Origin: an uncultured Hormoscilla sp. | GTDB taxonomy: Bacteria; Cyanobacteriota; Cyanobacteriia; Cyanobacteriales; Desertifilaceae | Assembly (NCBI GenBank): GCA_963921275.4 | Contig: OZ001293.3 | Span: 6,176,001 to 6,240,000, forward strand | Length of the DNA stretch: 64,000 nt | Reading direction: 5' to 3' | The notes under the pieces: model-generated | The model's database searches: none | What the model saw: only the letters and a program-made list of their open reading frames with translations | What the model was told of the DNA's origin: nothing | Made by a program: the position numbers and the translations under genes | In this document: positions 47,086 to 56,807 of the stretch, one piece after another | Layout of the letters: every line of letters starts with the position of its first letter | Numbering within the stretch: position 1 is the first letter of the stretch

Positions 47086-47455
47086 TACCAGCAATTTGCT
47101 ATAATATCAATACTGCGGTATTAGTGGTATTATTGCCCTTACTCTGTGTATTTATGCTTACTGCCATCGGCCAGCCCCTGAAACCCTCGGTTTTTCGTTG
47201 GCCCGATCGCCTTTTGGGGCCTCTTCGGGAAAACGCCCGACTAGAAGCACAAAATTTTTTTGCTACCTCCATCTGTACGGTTGACAAATTATTTTATTCA
47301 TGTTAGAGCGGTAAATTTATCCGTAAATTGGCTCAAGAACGAATATTAAGAGTATAATATATGGTGCGATTCGTTCTGATGTAAACCAGTAATGGTGAAA
47401 ATCGGGCCTGGTCTTATTTGCCAGGTAACTTTGGTGCCATGAGGGTTAAATTCCC

Positions 47456-48449
47456 GTGCGATGAGTTCCAGCCTAACGTAGTCATATACGGAACTCTGGC
47501 CTAGGAAACTAGGAACTCTGGTAATCATGGGGGTTTAATTCCCCCTCCCCAGGTACAGGGGTAACCGCGTGAGGTGCTGCGAAGTAACATCATCGTGGTG
47601 CCAAGCGAGGACTCAAATGTAGGATAACTGGCAGCCCAAGCCGGTGACTCTGCTAGGAAAGATGTCCATGGCTAGAACAAGCGAACCTATGTAAACCTCG
47701 TTAAACCCAACCAGCGAAATAAGGCTTAATGCGCTGGAACAAAAGTTAATGCAGTTAGTGTTAATTAGGGAATTGGCTAACATTGTACCCAAATAACTGC
47801 CGGGGAAAAGTAGGGGCCTAAAGGCATCGTGAAATGATACCAGGGAACGAAGTAACCTCAGCGAGAGGAACGAAGTAACCCCCGTGGTGCTGTCCTCATT
47901 TGGACAAGTCAGATGTGCGTCCGCGTAGCGTGCGCGCAGCGCATAGCGCATGCCCATGAGGGGAGAGATGGCCCGAGAAGCTAATGCCTAGGCGGTGTCT
48001 GGAGCATGCCTTGGTGTCTGGAGCACACCGAGTCCTTCAGGACAAGAGTGTGCGGAAGACGCCAAAGTCCTTCAGGACAAGAGCATGCGGAAGACGCCGG
48101 TAATGCCTATGGATACGCAGACGCGGGTCGGTGATACTAGTAAACTATTGGTACAAGTAGCTCTAAAATGTCATAAGCCCATTTACAGCGTTAGCGAAAG
48201 CGAGTTGAGGATTGAGGAATGTTTAACTGGTAAAACGGAGTGTTAAATGGTGATACTAAAGGTTATCCGGCAGCTCCACTCACCAACCAGGAAAGGGGCG
48301 GACGTGCAAGTAGTAAGGGACAATGGGAGTAATCCCTAGTAATCCTACCCGTGAAAGGGGCCTAGTACCCAGTAGCCGTGTGCGGTGAAAGTCGCATGCA
48401 CGGTTCCGAAAGGGAGGGTTGTCCCGCGAGGGACAGCTCGACCCCGACT
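47456..48449 (+). mobile_element. Nested ORF-less group II intron, in domain I of the outer intron
   Basis: GTGCG...CCCCGACT; EBS1 GGGAAT pairs with ATTCCC. Confidence 0.88.
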
Positions 48450-48909
48450 TCCGCCCAGATACGGGGCTGACATCGGTTCTCAGTGCTACGAAGTAACATC
48501 ATCGTGGTGCCAAGCGAGGACTCAAATGTAGGATAGCTAGTAGCCAAACTGGCAACTCCGCGCTTATTAGAGGTTCATGGTTAGAGCAGGCAAATCCCTG
48601 TAAGTATCGTTAATACTAACCGGTGTAATGGCTGACTAACACCGGCCTAAAATAGGAAAGCAGGCAGCGCCTTAGCTTTCATATGTGGCTAAGGACGTAT
48701 CCGAAAGAACTGCCGGTATATAGGGGAGACCTAAAAGCCTCGCGAAATGGCATCAAGGAACGAAGTAACCCCCACGTCGCTGTCCCCAGGGACAAGTTAG
48801 ATGTAAAGCGCAAGTAAGTGTGGGTGGGAGGGATGTCCTAAGAAGCCAACGCCCAGGGTAATGCCTGTGGATATGCAGACGTAGGACGGATATGGTAAGA
48901 AGCCTTGGG

Positions 48910-49850
48910 GTGCGAATCGTTTTGGCGTAAGTCTGAAATATGGCGATCGCCGGGCTGGTTAATACCAGCAACTCTGGTCATCATGGGTTCAATTCCCCTT
49001 CCCCCAGGTACGGGGGTGACCGCGTGAGGTGCTGCGGAGTAACATTACCGTGGTGCCTCCCGAGGACAAATGTAGGATAAGGTCTCAGCCCAGAGACCGA
49101 CGCCGCATGGCTGCGCCACGCTGCGCGATCGGAAAGAGGCTCATGGTTAGAGCAAGCGAATCCCTGTAAGCATCGTCATCTTAAACAAGCGAAAAGAGGC
49201 TGACACGCTTGGTGCAAAATGCGCACGCAGTCCGCGTATCAGTGGTTGCACGTCACTGATATCGTACCCGAAATGACTGCCGGTGTATAGGGGAGACCTA
49301 AAAGCCTCGTGAAATGATACCAGGGAACGTTCCGGACAAGAGCGGTGCTGTCCAGATGGACAAGTCAGATGTGCGTCCGCGTAGCGTGCGCGCAGCGCCT
49401 AGCGCATGCCCGCGTGGGGAGGGAGGTCCTAAGAAGCTAATGCCCGGGGTAATGCCTGTGGATATGCAGACGTAGGACGGATATGGTAAAAAGCTCTAGG
49501 AGATAGTAGCCCTCTAAACGTGCTTAACCAGTGGCAACACTAGGTAGTAATGATGGACTGAAATCCTAACCGGGTAAAAAATTTAGAGGCCCCATACGGG
49601 CACCTGTTAGTAAAGAACGGTCATAGTGGTTTTCTAGTTCTCCCCCGTAAACCTTCCGGAGTTAGGTACTCAACTAGTTCATGACTGACCATAAAGGGGC
49701 TATATTTCATAGGGCAAGGGACAACGGGAGTAATCCCTAGTAATCCTACCCGTGACAAGGGTTTACCAACCAGTAGCCGTGTGCGGTGAAAGTCGCTCTT
49801 CAGGTTCCGAATGGGAGGATTGTCCCGCGAGGGACAGCTCGACCCCGACC
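48910..49850 (+). mobile_element. Nested ORF-less group II intron, in the domain IV region of the outer intron
   Basis: GTGCG...CCCCGACC; removal restores AAGCCTTGGG|AGAAACTAGC, similar to AAGCTCTAGGAGATAGTAGC in the inner intron. Confidence 0.85.
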
Positions 49851-50414
49851 AGAAACTAGCCTTAAAAAGTCATAGACTAAGGAGCAATCCTAAAGGATGA
49901 ATGATGGACTAAAATCCTAGCCGGGTAAAAACTCAGAACCCCGAGTAAAAAGTAAATGGGGACCATGTTAGCAAAGAGCGGCTAGTGCGGTTTGCTGGTT
50001 CTCCTCCGCGAACCTTCCGGAGCTAGGTACTAAAACGGTCTGTTGGCTAACCACAAAGGGGCAAAATCTCATGGGGCAAGGGACAACGGGGGTAACCCCT
50101 AGTAATCCTGCTGATGACAAGAGCTTACCAACCAGTAGCCGTGTGCGGTGAAAGTCGCTCTTCAGGTTCCGAAAGGGAGGGTTGGGAAGTGATTCCCAGC
50201 TCGACCCCGACCACAAAGCCTGCGAAAAAGACCAACTTTCTCTCCTCTGAGGGAAGCGCGATCGCCCAGCACAAACCCGATCGCCCCACGGGAGAAGAAA
50301 CCGGGTTTCTACTAAATTTTTATCGTCCCGAGAGGGTGTAAAAGAAACCCGGTTTCTAGCAGACACGCGATCGCCTCAAGCAAGCACCGGTGCAAACCAG
50401 CGGTTTCTGGGCGG

Positions 50415-50506
50415 AAAAAAATTTCCCAAAAGGGTTGACAATGGAATTCGCAGCCATTAAGATGGTAAAAAAGCGGTCGCAGGATTGCCGTACCTGGAAA
50501 ACTTCA
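50415..50506 (+). promoter_or_regulatory. Strong sigma70-type promoter with UP element and boxA-like motif
   Basis: A-tract, TTGACA(50435)-N17-TAAGAT, short hairpin, ACCTGGAAAAC. Confidence 0.55.
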
Positions 50507-50559
50507 TATACGGTACTGCGCGAGCGCAGTTTAATGACACTTTTCACACCGAGGTCCCT

Positions 50560-50781
50560 GTGGAAACCATCGAATTCAAGACTATCCTCCAAAGCGGATC
50601 CGTAACCATTCCCCCCGAATATTCTGCCCAGTGGGAAGGCAAAAATATCCGTGTTATCCTATTGGATGATGAGGGAAACTTAGCCCTACCCATGGAACAA
50701 CCCCCAACACCGTCATTTAAGACCATTTCCCTCTATACACGGGAGTTTAAATTTAACCGAGACTCAGCTAATGCCCGCTAA
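50560..50781 (+). CDS. Small antitoxin-like protein
   Basis: GTG start after GAGG; overlaps the PIN gene start. Confidence 0.65.
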   Translation: METIEFKTILQSGSVTIPPEYSAQWEGKNIRVILLDDEGNLALPMEQPPTPSFKTISLYTREFKFNRDSANAR

Positions 50782-51174
50782 GATTTTCCTCGACACTAAC
50801 ATCATTATCTGCTGCTATTCCCAAGATGGGCCAAATAAACAAGAACGCGCTCTAGCATGCGTTTGATCGGGGACAGGATTAGCACTCAAGTCCTGAATAA
50901 AACAGTCAACACCTTGAGACGGAAGTTTTTACTGAAATATGCTCAGATAGGTGCGGTTGTCGATGAGCTAAAGCAACAGCTTAAAGTCGCAACTGTCTCA
51001 ATAAACACGATTCAGCGCGCCTTAGAGATCTCCGAACGATATAAATATAGTTACTTCGACAGCCTCATTATTGCCAGTTCTTTGGAAGTTGGTTGCGATA
51101 TCCTCTACAGCGAGGACCTACAGGATGGACAAAACATTGATAGCCAACTTACTGTTATTAACCCCTTCCTCTGA
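50771..51174 (+). pseudogene. VapC/PIN toxin, frameshifted near 50860
   Basis: IFLDTNI...; ISTQVL, YFDSLIIA, LYSEDLQ. Confidence 0.82.
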
Positions 51175-51473
51175 AACCTAATGAAATCTCAACAAAAATC
51201 TATGCACGAGGAAGCGCAGAGAAGCGATCGCCCCTAGGGGACTGGCGCAGGATCGGGAGAGAGGCGAAGTCCGAAAGGTACTGTCACTTTTATCTCTATA
51301 ATACTCATTTGCCTGCTGCCCTTTGCTGTTGATTACCTTTATTACACAAAAATCCAGATTCTCAAACGAGTATGGTTGTCAAGGTTCGGGTCTTGGTTGG
51401 TGGGATGCTTATAGATTCATTGTATCCCGTCCCCCGTGAGTAGGAGTGAATGGTCTCATCCCTACCCTAAATT

Positions 51474-52584
51474 TTATTGAGCAAACTCCTTTTTCAGATG
51501 TAAAGCAATGCTGGTGGTTTCTGCCTTGTTTCGTCCCGTGGTTTGAATGCACAACCCATAACCAGCATCCGTCCATGTTAGCACGAATTCCACAATTCCG
51601 TCATCTTTAATCCGCCGAATGGCATTCTTCTGTTGGGAATTAAATGGCAGAGAGTCGATCGCTCCCCTCACGTAGGCAGATCCACATAGCTTCTTGGCAA
51701 ATTACTCTAGTTTGTCCTTCCCACGATCGTCTCTGAGTTTGATCTGTTTCTGTTTAGCAGGACTGTCATTCTCAGGAATTATGGACATAATTGCCCTTTC
51801 CTGCTTGGCGAATTGTAGGCGCGATCCCTCATTAAACAGCACCCCCATTGCGGACAGACTCACCAGGGGGATATCGTCTACAACTTCTTCATCAATTAGA
51901 GAGGACCAATATTTATTGTCCGGAGACTCTTCCAGTTCGGACTTTTCCAGAGTTTGTCCGCTTTCGAGTTATTCAAACCAAGAGTAATTATGCAACCAAA
52001 ATCCCAGAGCCAGCGCCACCGGTTGGAGTGGCAATTCAATCACCTCGGAGAACTTCTCAAATAAATAGTATACGGGAATTTTCAGCGCTTGTCCGATCGT
52101 CCCGGCAAAAGATATTTGTGCTTTATAACCCCCGTAGCATTAATTGCTATTGCTTCGGGACCAAAATTCCTCACTTCGGTACCGATCTCACGGACGAGAT
52201 TTTTCAATCCTGTTGCTTAAAGTCTTTGACGCTATCATCTCGCAACCCCGACAATACTCGCATTTCCACCCGATCGAACCCCAGGGGGTTGCGGTTATTT
52301 TCGTAATACAGTTTCAGCAATGCGCCTGTTTTCTTCCCATCTTCCGTATCGGATACCAAAAAGATTAAACGCAGTCGGTTAGCAAGGAATCCCTTTTCGC
52401 AGATCCGCGCAATGGAGTTAATTTCCGCACCGCACAAGCGGTCCGTGTTCGGTTTATCCAGCAGCAGCAAAGACAGTTGATTCCAGTTTTCCCCTTCCCA
52501 TGCTTGCTTGATGGGGTCTTCCTCATTCCTTTTCAGGTTATTCAACAGACTCGTGCCGACGGTACAGATCAGAGTGCTTCTCAT
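51474..52584 (-). pseudogene. CRISPR-associated CARF protein (APE2256 type, possibly Cami1-like CARF-wHTH-RelE)
   Basis: CTVGTS, AEINS, SDT.DG, NATGGYK; frameshift near 52205 and stops near 51970 and 51703. Confidence 0.8.
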
Positions 52585-52899
52585 GATTCTCTCCTTTCAA
52601 ATATGTCATTGCGAGGGGGTCTGACAGGGAGTAGAGGACGCGATCGTAACCGAACTGACCCCCGAAGCAATCTCACCACCTATCATACAGGAGATTGCTT
52701 CTGAGGGTCATCGGGTATTGCAGTTTTTCCCATCCCTCCTGCCAAATGGGAACCTTTCATAACCGTATTAATATACTAGCAGCGGGTGGAAGACCCCTTT
52801 TCCTATTCCTCGTTCCTCCTTCTCAGCGTCCCCGCTGGGAAGGAGAGATATTTCACTTACTGTCGGGTAAGCAATTGATAAATGGCAATTCCAAGAGTT

Positions 52900-53406
52900 T
52901 CAAATCCAATCTTCACCACCAGGTAACTGAGTGAATTCCGAATCTATGACATCCCGTAAGCTATCATCGGAATGAGAATAAGTCAAACTTATTAGTTGGT
53001 TAGCGGCGTTCATAATCTGAGTTTTGTCCACAATTTCTCGGAGTTGACGTGGTTTATATACGCCATTAGCTACTTCCACGCTGGCCTCATAAATAGCATC
53101 CTTAAAAGCCCTTTCCAGATTATCTGTCCATGCCTCTTGCTTGATGTAGTAAGATGTTTTATTATCTTTGAGATTCAGACCTTGAATCTTCAGCAGCGAA
53201 TCTCGAATTGAAGCCGCCCAATAATTTGTGAGACGCTGTTCAACTTGATTTTTTATCAAGTGAATCAGCATTCTGACGAGAAAACTATATATCTTTTGCA
53301 AAATAGCTTTTTTACTCATCTCTTCCAGTTCGTCTACTAACATTAATGCCTTGTCATAGCGACCTGATAGGATGGAAGTTCTGATCTTTGCGAGTTCTTG
53401 AGTCAT
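52900..53406 (-). CDS. DUF29-family protein
   Basis: DELEEMSKK, LIHLIK, WAASI. Confidence 0.8.
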   Translation of the reverse strand: MTQELAKIRTSILSGRYDKALMLVDELEEMSKKAILQKIYSFLVRMLIHLIKNQVEQRLTNYWAASIRDSLLKIQGLNLKDNKTSYYIKQEAWTDNLERAFKDAIYEASVEVANGVYKPRQLREIVDKTQIMNAANQLISLTYSHSDDSLRDVIDSEFTQLPGGEDWI

Positions 53407-53966
53407 AGCTGTCTCCCTCCGCGACTTTAATAAAATAGTCTTGCTGTCAATGCAGTGAACCTTGATTGGTTTACAAAATATAGCATTAAAATGCTCAGAT
53501 GTCAACTTTTTTCTGTAGCAGAGCCCTATTCAATACTTCTTGGTTAAGCATCTTATTTGTCATTGCGAGGGGGGGGGTACGTAGCGATTAACTTATGCTT
53601 TACGAGTTAACCCCCCCCGAAGCAATCTCCCCGCCCCATATGAGATGAAGAACACTCCGGCGTCGTTCGCTGTATCCTGGTCGCTCGATGTCTTCTGGGA
53701 GCGCTAGTCGCACTACCCAGAAGACATCGTACTCGCACTACTCAGGATACAGCGCGGTGAGATTGCTAGCCCTCCGGAGCTTGTTGCGAGGCACGAAGCA
53801 ATCTGCCGCTGCGCTTTTACGAAGTGCGCGTAGCGCTACGGGGGGGGATCCAGGCGGGGCTCAACACTGCCGTTGGTTTGGGAGCCCCCCTCGCTCCGGA
53901 CAAGTTATTAACCGAGAAGTATTGGGGCCCTATTCCCTCACCCCCAAAAAAATTTTACAGAAATAC

Positions 53967-53996
53967 TTGACAGTTAAAGGCGATCGATGCTAGATT
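53967..53996 (+). promoter_or_regulatory. tRNA promoter
   Basis: TTGACA-N18-TAGATT with upstream A/T tract. Confidence 0.65.
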
Positions 53997-54006
53997 ATAA
54001 ATAGCT

Positions 54007-54087
54007 GCGGATGTGGCGGAATTGGTAGACGCGCTAGACTTAGGTTCTAGTGTCTTTGACGTGAAGGTTCAAGTCCTTTCATCCGCA
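54007..54087 (+). tRNA. trnL: tRNA-Leu (anticodon TAG)
   Basis: GCGGATG/CATCCGC acceptor stem, CTAGA-CTTAGGT-TCTAG anticodon arm, long variable arm, GGTTCAAGTCC T arm. Confidence 0.96.
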
Positions 54088-54277
54088 CTCGATCGAGCGC
54101 GAGGACACGCTCGATCAATCGCTTTTGAGACTCTGCGTTCCCGTGATTCCCAGGAGGCAGAGCCTCTTGTGGACGTTCCCTGCCGGAGTCAGGGAACGAG
54201 GGAAGCGTTTACTACGAACGGGCGGGCAAAGATTAAAGTCTTTACTACGAACGGGCGGGCAAAGACTAAAGTCTTTA

Positions 54278-54952
54278 CTAGGAACGGGGAGAACTGCTGA
54301 GGATTTCGTCGAGTTGGCTAATGCGCAATCTCATTTGCGCTAGTTCCCGATCGAATGCTGCTCGACTCAGCAACCGCCCTTCCAGATAGCAGGTTTTTCC
54401 TTGACTCCAGTCCGTGCTACAGTCGGCTTTTGCTGCTAGAGATTTCATATGTGCTAGGCGTTGAGCTAGATCCCTACGTTCATTTTCTAATTCAAGTCGC
54501 TTTTGCGCGGCTATTTCTAGTTCAGCACTAATTTGGCTCAATTCTGGATCCCATGTTGCTGGCGGTGGCTCGATCGCCCTTCTGATGGCGGGGACAACTG
54601 ATACTAATGCGATCGCTGCACCGGACAGCAGGGATGAAAGGAAAGCTACTTTTATTCCCCGGCGTAGCAGATGTTTTTTACGGGCCCTTTCTAACTCTTC
54701 TTCGAGAGTCAGGCCCGGTTGACCGTTGCTTTTGCTGCGGAATAGCAATGTCCCGCTGTAGGGATCTGCTTCGATCGCGTCTCTCATCTGTTCCGAGTGC
54801 AGCAGGCGATCGCACTCTGTCTTTGATAGCCCTAGCTGGGATGCGATCGCGATCGCCGAGAGTCCCTCGGGATAACCGGATAGTAGGGTATGCAGGGCTT
54901 CGCGATAAGGATGGATGTTATCAGCAGCGGTCTTTTTTCTCAACATAAGCAT
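54278..54952 (-). CDS. Hypothetical protein (HTH-like N-terminus, one TM helix, coiled coil)
   Basis: 224-aa ORF with plausible composition. Confidence 0.65.
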   Translation of the reverse strand: MLMLRKKTAADNIHPYREALHTLLSGYPEGLSAIAIASQLGLSKTECDRLLHSEQMRDAIEADPYSGTLLFRSKSNGQPGLTLEEELERARKKHLLRRGIKVAFLSSLLSGAAIALVSVVPAIRRAIEPPPATWDPELSQISAELEIAAQKRLELENERRDLAQRLAHMKSLAAKADCSTDWSQGKTCYLEGRLLSRAAFDRELAQMRLRISQLDEILSSSPRS

Positions 54953-54958
54953 TATCAG

Positions 54959-55342
54959 TTATCTCCTCCCCATAATTTCGTCAAAGATGGTCTGCTCTAA
55001 CTTAGCAACATTCTGTGCTTCCGGCGGTGTAATGTTTTCTTGGAGAATCAACTTTGTGGAAGCGATGATTTTGTCTACTTGAGCTTGCTCTTCCGGCGAC
55101 GCCACCGTACTGAGTTCTAGTTTTTTCTCCAGCTTCCAGACGTTTTGCTCTAACTCGCTAATCTGAGCGTCAATTTTGGCGAGTTTAGGTTCAAGCCAAT
55201 TAACAGAATGCCGTAAAATGGCTGTCCGTTCGAGCAGGCTGATTTCTTCCCTGTATCTTTCCCGGTTCCTCAGCAAGTCTTGATGACTGTCTAGTCCCAG
55301 TCTTGGCAATCTTTGCCGAATATCATTATAGTACTGTAACAA
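54959..55342 (-). CDS. Coiled-coil hypothetical protein, probably 5'-truncated
   Basis: TTG start coincides with an apparent rearrangement junction. Confidence 0.5.
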   Translation of the reverse strand: MLQYYNDIRQRLPRLGLDSHQDLLRNRERYREEISLLERTAILRHSVNWLEPKLAKIDAQISELEQNVWKLEKKLELSTVASPEEQAQVDKIIASTKLILQENITPPEAQNVAKLEQTIFDEIMGRR

Positions 55343-55775
55343 GGACTGGAATCAAGGGAATACCTGTTATCTGGAAGGGCGGTTGCTCAGTCGAGCACAG
55401 TTCGATCGGGAACTAGCCCGAATGAAATTAATGATTAGACAAATCAAGTAATAAATCCTCAGTTTGCGATCTCGATCTCTCGTTCCCTGACTCCGGCAGG
55501 GAACGTCCGGGAGAGGCAGAGCCTCCGGGAGAAGAATGCCGCGAGGCAGAGCCTCCGATCGTCGTTGCTAGCTAGAAACTAGCAACGAGAAAATGCATTA
55601 TTCCCCGTGATTCCCAGGAGGCTTCGCCTCAAGGTGGACGTTAAGAGTCGGAGTCAGGGAACGAGAAAATATCAAATCTCTGCGATCGGGGGGTACTTTT
55701 CGTGTTCCAATAGCTGAGAGGCTCTCAAAGTAAGGGTTTGACGGCGATATCTAGACTGAAATTTGGAGATTCCCA

Positions 55776-56063
55776 ATGAAAACACTGCCCCCTAATGTAA
55801 CAGCCTACCGAGAAACTCCTGTTTTTACGCAAGAGACTATTCCCAAAGGACTGCTCGATCGCCACACTACAAAAGAGGGGAGTTGGGGCAAAATTTGTGT
55901 CATATCTGGCCAACTTTGCTATCGAATCCTCACAGATCCCCCTGAAGAACATGTGCTAACACCTGATTCACCAGGTATTGTTGAGCCCCAGACACCACAT
56001 CAAGTCGAACCTTTCGGCTCGGTGGAATTTTATGTAGAGTTCCATCGCGAAGCGGAAAGCTAA
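55776..56063 (+). CDS. DUF1971 (TehB N-terminal/YeaR-like) cupin
   Basis: TPVFTQETIP.GLL..H.TKEG.WG...HQVE. Confidence 0.85.
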   Translation: MKTLPPNVTAYRETPVFTQETIPKGLLDRHTTKEGSWGKICVISGQLCYRILTDPPEEHVLTPDSPGIVEPQTPHQVEPFGSVEFYVEFHREAES

Positions 56064-56202
56064 CGTTCCTCCGAGAGTAGCTTCGCCCTGGCGAGATTGA
56101 GATGCACTCCACCATCTTTGCTTCAAGATAGTGATTCATGGAAGTCAAATGCATTATTAATTTTCTAACTCATCAATTAATGCTTGAACTTGCGATCGCA
56201 TT

Positions 56203-56380
56203 TTAGGTAACTCCGAAGCGATCTTCAATAATCTTCCACACTACTTCCATATCTACTCCCCAATAATGGTGTGCAAGCACATTCCGAAAATCCACAATAT
56301 CTTGCCAAGGAATATGGGAATAGGTTGCTTTCAGAGCATCTGATAGGTTATTCACCGCCTCTCCAATAATAACCAGTCGG
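56203..56380 (-). pseudogene. DUF86/HepT-like HEPN fragment
   Basis: IIGEA...IPWQDIVDFRNVLAHHY; N-terminus lost, palindromic repeat next to it. Confidence 0.78.
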
Positions 56381-56807
56381 TGTGTCCCGGACGCGCTACT
56401 CGCACTGTCCGGGACACACCGATAGCAACGCGGGGCAATTTTCGAGGATTGAACATCATCAACCTTTAACGGGAGCATATCTCTTTGGGCAGATGCATGG
56501 ATCGAGGGTGCGCGAGGGGTCGGTAAAGTAGCTATGGCAGCCCCTTCGAGCTTTGAGCAAAAATACTTATGGCAAAATTGACATACTTCTACTATTGACA
56601 TTTTGCCTGTGTAATGCCATAATAGTAACGATGGACTTGACAATGATTGCTCCTGGCGATTGAGCATATGCAGCCCCTTCGGTAACTGAGCAAAAATACT
56701 TATGACAACGTGAGATGCTCCCACCTTTAACTGGGTGTATCTCACGTTTGTAGCCCTTATCCTAAAGGGTAGTCTATCGAATAACTTTACCTTAGAAAGG
56801 ATTGAAA

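Larger units (their letters stand above)
47364..50212 (+). mobile_element. Outer ORF-less group II intron (about 914 nt of its own sequence) containing two nested introns
   Basis: GTGCG at 47364; final DV/DVI ends CGACCCCGACC at 50212. Confidence 0.85.

Noticed and set aside
47613..50366. Short ORFs inside the nested introns
   Set aside because: No RT or maturase motifs; chance frames in ribozyme sequence
51420..52860. CRISPR repeats near the CARF gene
   Set aside because: Only isolated GTCCCC-containing motifs; no repeated unit
54013..54343. ORFs 54013-54300 and 54125-54343
   Set aside because: They overlap tRNA-Leu and dispersed repeats
54310..55450. Diversity-generating retroelement TR/VR pair
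   Set aside because: Differences are not adenine-specific (C/T and G/C at third positions) and there is no DGR-type RT
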